Part shown: positions 58,021 through 64,000 of the stretch, piece by piece
How the letters are laid out: every line of letters starts with the position of its first letter
Numbering within the stretch: the stretch's first letter is position 1
Assembly: GCF_006345805.1 (NCBI RefSeq)
Contig: NW_021833065.1
Location: 372,001 to 436,000 of the forward strand
Direction: 5' to 3'
Origin: Octopus sinensis
Taxonomy: Eukaryota
DNA: 64,000 nt
Position numbers and translations under genes: made by a program
The notes under the pieces: model-generated
What the model saw: only the letters and a program-made list of their open reading frames with translations
Told to the model about the DNA's origin: nothing
Database searches by the model: none

Positions 58021-58876
58021 TAACTAGAAAAGCATGGCGGCGAGCTGGCAGAAATGTTAGCATGCTGGGTGAAATGTTTAGTGGTATTTTGTCTGCCGTT
58101 ACATTCTGAGTTCAAATTCTGCCGAGGTCGACTTAGCTTTTCATCATTTCGGTGTCAATAAATTAAGTACCAGTTACGCACTGGGATTGATGCAATTGAC
58201 TTAATCCCTTTGTCTGTCCTTCTTTGTCCCCTCTATGTTTAGCCCCTTGTGGGCAATAATGAAATAAGAAAAGCACTCAGCGAGTGCAGACCTCCGCCAA
58301 GCAGCTCATTTCCACCCATATACACGCATGCTGAAAATTGCCCAATTTCCCTAGCCAATGCCGGCAAAAACTTAACCTCTTTGGTGGGGTTAAAAAAAAT
58401 AACACAGCCATATGATTTTTTTAAAAAAACCTTTAAAAACAGGAATCATCTGAAGCAGTTATAATACAACAGCAAGCTAGTTTCACCATACAACTAAAAA
58501 GAAACAACAATTATCTAAAACTTGAGTGTTAAGATAGATACGCAAGTAAAATTATTAATAGAGAAATGAAATAAACTTTGGAAACAGCAACGCCACCATA
58601 GGTTATGTGGAAATGCTGAACGTGTTTTCAAGGGAAATAATCAAAGAATGTAATAGTGTAATATTTCATGTAAAGTAAATATAACAAATGAAATATCCTT
58701 AAGAATCCATAAAAATTCCCAGATCACTACCAAAATTTCATCATTTGTTCCTTGTGTCATTGCTAACTTTTCCTGCAAGTTTCATCAAATACCATTCACA
58801 ACTTTTTGAGTTATTTTGCACAGACAGACAAACCAACGCCTATGGAAACATAACCTCCTTTCTTGGCGGAGGTAAT
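58021..58876 (+). mobile_element. HINE/Helentron-like non-autonomous element with a nested MetaSINE-like SINE (58036-58266)
   Basis: Subterminal inverted repeat ACCTCCGCCAAG / CTTGGCGGAGGT; 3' hairpin acctcc...ggaggt; AGAAAAGCA TSD around the SINE. Confidence 0.65.
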
Positions 58877-59199
58877 TACCTTTGCATGTCTGGAATAAAA
58901 ATCTTCTGTTAAAACTGTTTCTTCATGAGTTCTACTCTTTAATGATTATCTTCTTACCAGCTCTTCATTAGAGGCCTCTTTTAATATTAGTGCTCGGTTA
59001 TGTCTCCCTTCTCTACACTTGCAATCTATCCAGTGTCACCACCGAACACATACTGACACTCATAGACATTTGCTTTCCAATGTTTTTCATCCTCAGTTTA
59101 TTGTAGTGACTTCTTGTGCCCTTTCTTTCTTTCACATACATAAACAGTGCTTCTTTGTATCATCACAAAAAAATAATGATATCCACAAAATATATTGTA

Positions 59200-59657
59200 C
59201 AATGGTGACTGGCATCCGTTGCCAGTGGAGCGCTAAGAGTACCATACAAGTGAGATCGTTGCCAGAGCAACAAGCTGGCCTTCGTGCCGATGGGACGTTA
59301 AGCACACCATTCAAGTGTGATCATTACTGCATCGCCTTACTAGCACTTGTGCTGGTGACATGTGAAATATTCGAGCGAGGTCATCGCCAGTGCTGCTGGA
59401 CTGGCTCCTGTGCAGGTGGCACGTAAAAGGCACTATTTGGGCACGGCCGTTGCCAGTACCACCGAACCAGCCCTCGTGTCGGTGGCACATAAAAGCACCC
59501 ACTACACTCTCGGAGTGGTTGGCGTTAGGAAGGGCATCCAGCTGTAGAAACTCTGCCAGATCAGATTGGAGTCTGGTTTGCCAGACCTCAGTCAAATTGT
59601 CCAACCCATGCTAGCATGGAAAGCGGACGTTAAACAATGATGATGATGATGATGATG
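59200..59657 (+). mobile_element. RTE LINE 3' end with repeat array
   Basis: Inverted partner at 60475-60985. Confidence 0.88.
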
Positions 59658-60474
59658 AAACAAAAATTAGCATTTCTTAAACAAGGAACAAGGTCTGACA
59701 GGCTGGCTTATCACAAAGACCCAGTTCACTATAAAGGGTTAAAAGCCTATACCAAAACTATACACTATATTAAAACATCTATTACGTATAGGCTATGGAT
59801 TCATTACCATAATACTACTGGTAACAAATGAAAAAAGATGTGAATTCAACCCTGGCTGGATTTAAACATGGGTATTACTTTGTAGCAATTAATACTAATA
59901 TAATATTAAAATCCAACCTATTTCTATCTCTTTATTAAATATAATTAACCTCAACTTATTCGTCTTGCTAAATAAGCATGAAAACAGATGTTCATTGATG
60001 TAAGGTTCAAAGTGGTGTTCACTGATTTAACAAATAATTAGGTATTCCATTTTGTTAAATGAGATACCTAATTATTCAATTTATACACCTCTATTAAATA
60101 CCTTTATTAAACAGAGTGTGAACAGTATTTGAGGACAGATTTATGGTTTTAAAACAACGTTTATATAACAGAAAAAAAAACTGTATTTTTATAAAAATAA
60201 CATAAACATAAAGCTAAATTATCAATTTGATAAATTTAATTCAATAAAACCACCATAAGCATCAATAATTGCCTGTGAGCGGGATCAAAATCATTTACAA
60301 GCTTAGATTCAGTGGTCCTTGTTCATATTGGACATGACTCGAACTATGGCAGCTGTCAAAGAATCTTTGGTGCTCTGGGGGTGTTCACTGACATTTTTCT
60401 TAATGATGCCCCATACATCGTAGCCCAGTGGATTGAGATCTGGAGAATTGGGAAGCTAAATGTTGGGGGTGATG

Positions 60475-60985
60475 TCATCATCATCATCATTTAACATCCG
60501 CTTTCCATGCTAGCATGGGTTGGACAATTTGACTGAGGTCTGGCGAACCAGACTCCAATCTGATCTGGCAGTAGCATGGGTTGGACGGTTCAACTGGGAT
60601 CTGGGAAGCCAGAAGGCTGCACCAGGCCCAGTCTGATCTGGCAATGTTTCTACGGCTGGATGCCCTTCCTAATGCCAACCACTCCGAGAGTGTAGTGGGT
60701 GCTTTTACATGCCACCGGCACGAGGGCCAGTTTGGTGGTACTGGCAACGGCCACGCCCAAATGGTGCTTTTTACGTGCCACGTGCACAGGAGCCAGCCCA
60801 GCGGCACTGGCGACAACCTCGCCCGACAAGTGCTAGTAAAGTGACATGGTAATGATCATGCTCGAATGGTGTGCTTAATGTGCCATCGGCACGAAGGCCA
60901 GTTTGTTGCTCTGGCAACGATCTCAATCGTCAGGTACTCTTAGCACTCCACTGGCAACGGATGCCAGTCACCGAGTTTGATTTCG
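60475..60985 (-). mobile_element. Chimeric RTE 3' end nested in a maT element
   Basis: Junction between two terminal variants at 60571/60572. Confidence 0.85.
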
Positions 60986-61705
60986 ACTTCGCAAATTATC
61001 AGCCATCCATCCTTGTGTCATTTGAGCCTTTGTGATGGGGCAGAATTCTGTTGGAAGACATAAGACCTCCCATTGCATACATTGTTGATCCAAGGCTTAA
61101 CAACTTTATCCAGAACCTCAAATTTACACAGCAACATTCACCCTAAGGCCTTGATGAAAAAAAGTGAGGAAGCATCACGTCCTTCAATGCTAACATCACC
61201 CAAAACCATGATGCAGGAAATTTTGTGTGCATTACTCTTGGAACCTCAGAAGGGTTTGCACATAGCCATCTGTCATTTCTTCTGTTAGTTTTCTGTGAAA
61301 AACTAAATCACACTATCTTCTGATGAATTTTTAAGTTTGTTCAAAAGTCTTTTGGATTTGATTAAACGTTTTTTTTGTTTTTTTCTGACATGAATTGACC
61401 TCTCCTTATGTAAAATTTGTATCTGATGTCTTCATGCACAACATTTCTGATTGTTTTTCTGATGCAGAAAATTTTTTTGCAACTGACCTCATTGATTTTC
61501 TTGGATTGTCTTGAATGTTTTGCTTAACTTCCTGAATAAATTCAGGTGTCCTGATAGAATCAGAGCATTTGAAAAGTTTTGTATGTATTGATACAGATAA
61601 TATGCTTCCATTTTCTTTCTCTAATTTACACTGAATCTTGTGGACAAAAGATCTTGCAACTTTCAGAAAATGAGAAATTTCTGAATCACCATGCTTAGCC
61701 TTTAA

Positions 61706-61926
61706 CCCTTTCAGTACCATATTTATTTTGAGATGCTCTGCGTTTCTTTCAATTATTTTAAATATAACAAAGAATTTAGTAAAATAACTTAGTCATCATT
61801 CAGCTAGTGTTAGGAACATAAATTGTGACTAAAGTTTGGTGGAAGATTTTAATTCAAAACTTATGAAAATAAGACATTTGTACTACAGAGCTAGAGGTGG
61901 TTTCAGCCGGGTTGGTAATGAAAGGG
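61706..61926 (+). mobile_element. piggyBac-type MITE
   Basis: TTAA|ccctttcagtacca ... tggtaatgaaaggg|TTAA; partial relatives at about 18235-18386 and 35455-35510. Confidence 0.88.
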
Positions 61927-62611
61927 TTAAAGCCACAATTACAGCATACCTTTCATTTCATGAGTAAGCATAGGGCCTGTCATTGTTATTTTCTGAAACA
62001 GAAGTTCAACAAAAATTAGTCAAATAAAATAATGACTAAAAATGCTTGTGTCCTCAAAAACCATCTACACCCCATATATATCTTTATTGAAGTCAACCAT
62101 TACATTGTCACACATGATTGGAGATTTCAAAAAAATAATTTTATGCTTGAAACAACCAGCTAAATAGGGGTGGTAAAATCAGAATATCATTAATGTTGAT
62201 CAAAGGAAAAGATATAAAGAAATTTTTTTATATAATCAGAATAACCTCAAAACAGCGGGGGAAACTGCTTAAAGTTTACTGCATGTAATAATTGTGAAAT
62301 CTTGTGGAGGATCAACCATTTATATTAATTTATTATGATAGAGCATTATTTACATAAAATTATTACAGATACTACTTTGTATTATACTCCCACAGATACA
62401 CGGTAAACTGATTTCCTCAAATGTCCCAGTCCAGTGGCTCTCTAGAAGTAGTAGATAACTTTTGCTACCTAGGTGACCTAATTAACAATGGGTGGAAGTT
62501 GTACAGAAAGTGTAATTTCAAGAATAAGATGGAGAAAGTTCAGGGAGCTTTTACCTCTCTTTGAGTGAATGGAAGATGGTATGGTGCATGTATACCATCT
62601 TCCATTCCATT

Positions 62612-62822
62612 AAGGTGGCAAGCTGGCAGAAACGTTAGCACGCTGGGCGAAATGCATAGCCGTATTTCGTCCGTCATTACGTTGTGAGTTCAAATTCCAC
62701 CGAGGTCGACTTTGCCTTTCATCCTTTCGGGGTCGATAAATTGGGTACCAGTTACGTACTGGGGTCGATGTAATCGACTTAATACCTATGTTTAGCCCCT
62801 TGTAGGTAATAAAGAAATAGGT
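62612..62822 (+). mobile_element. MetaSINE-like SINE
   Basis: Same family as 35797-36047. Confidence 0.85.
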
Positions 62823-62889
62823 ATGATGCATGTATACAAACTGCAATGCTGCATGATAGTGAGACATGGTCCCTGAATACGGAGGACCT

Positions 62890-64000
62890 GCAAAAGTTGG
62901 GGAGGAATGAAGCTGGTGTACCTTTCAAATCCAGGCTACTATGTCTCCTTCACCATAGAAAGCTCTGATGACATCACTGCCAATCCAAATCTTCGCTGCC
63001 ATCATATATTAAGGGGTCAATGATATCTGTATATGGTTGCCGAAATAGCTTGTCATGTGTGGCAAATGAAAAGAGGTTCACCTCGCGATAGGGGTTGTGT
63101 TAGAAATCAGAGGTGCTGAAGTGGAGGATGTGGCCTGGCTTCGAAAAGCAGACAAATACGACCACATCAATATCACTGAGTTGGGCGCAGTGCTGAAGGG
63201 AGTGAATATAGATTTGAAATGGGGGCTGTACTCCATTGAAATCCTGATGGATTCGGTCACCGTGCTTGGCTGGGTAGGGTTGGTGATCACTGACAAGAAG
63301 AGGGTGTGAACCAAAGGGGCTGCAGAAATGTTAGTGAAGTGCTACCTAGGGTTTCTAGGAGAGCTGATTGGTGAGTTCGGCCTGAAGCTGAATGTGGTCT
63401 TTGTACCTTCTGAGAGAAACAAGACAGACGTTCTAACCAGAGTAAAAATGGCCTGGTTAGGGGAGCCAGAAGAATCGAAGCAAGGGGTAGCTGCAGTGTG
63501 TCAGTTAAATGACACTTGACACCAATGTTACCAGACAGAGCATCCAAAAGGTGGTCAGGAACTGCAATAGGTGTCAATCCATCGACCCTGCTCCAGGTGT
63601 GCATGAGCAGGGAAACATTTCAGTAGAGCACAACTGGAAACAACTAGCAGCGGATGTAACACACTACCGGAAGGGGGCGTGTCTTTCAATGGTCAACTGT
63701 GGGCCGGGCTGGATGGCCATTTGGAGGGAATTGAGGGCAGGCACTGCGGACAAGATGGCATGTATTCTAAACAAGGTATTCTTAGAGCAGGGCCCTGCGG
63801 ATGAATTGCTGGTGGACAACAGCACAGCGTTTTGTTTGGAGGTGCTGAAGGAGATGCTTGACAGGTGGAAAGTGCACTGCTTTTTCAGAGCAGAATACAG
63901 ACTAAGTGGAAATGGGATTGTGGAGAGACATCATTGAATGATCAAGGCCAAGGTGGAAAAGGGGACATATCTCACCGCTGGAAGCAGTTTTCTTGTACAA
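62890..64000 (+). mobile_element. Degenerate Ty3/Gypsy pol fragment (RNase H and integrase), runs off the window
   Basis: EDVAWLRK...HINITELGAVLKG...DSVTV; CNRCQ; DVTHY...LLVDNSTAF...SGNGIVERHH. Confidence 0.85.

Larger units (their letters stand above)
60114..62077 (-). mobile_element. Decayed maT/DD37D-like transposon with nested RTE and MITE
   Basis: AVIVA|LKAKHGDSEISHFLKVARSFVHK...RTPEFI; YVFQQNSAPSH; NSPDLNPLGY.VWG; weak TIRs at about 60114-60140 and 62049-62075. Confidence 0.7.

Overview
AT-rich, microsatellite-rich animal genomic DNA. The repeat content (tRNA-headed SINEs, RTE LINE 3' ends with (GAT)n tails, TTAA MITEs) suggests an Octopus genome; this is inference. Two intron-containing genes were reconstructed by hand from GT-AG sites and phase continuity, arranged tail-to-tail with stop codons about 1 kb apart. 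CEP83 is on + (10 coding exons, 12608-36894, about 716 aa). SLC25A26, the mitochondrial SAM carrier, is on - (9 coding exons, 57120-37905), with an apparent 1-nt frameshift in its penultimate exon. Most of the rest is transposon-derived: RTE and CR1-clade LINE fragments, at least three SINE types, mariner and maT DNA transposons, piggyBac-type MITEs, a Helitron, a HINE-like element and a Gypsy pol fragment. No rRNA, true tRNA or CRISPR array was seen. The most notable observations are a roughly 98%-identical inverted duplication bracketing SLC25A26 exon 6, tandem arrays of conserved-stem/variable-loop hairpin modules in the RTE 3' UTR, several RT template-jump signatures, and many intronic inverted repeats that are potential dsRNA/ADAR substrates. 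All alignments and homology calls were made by eye and from memory; no searches were run.
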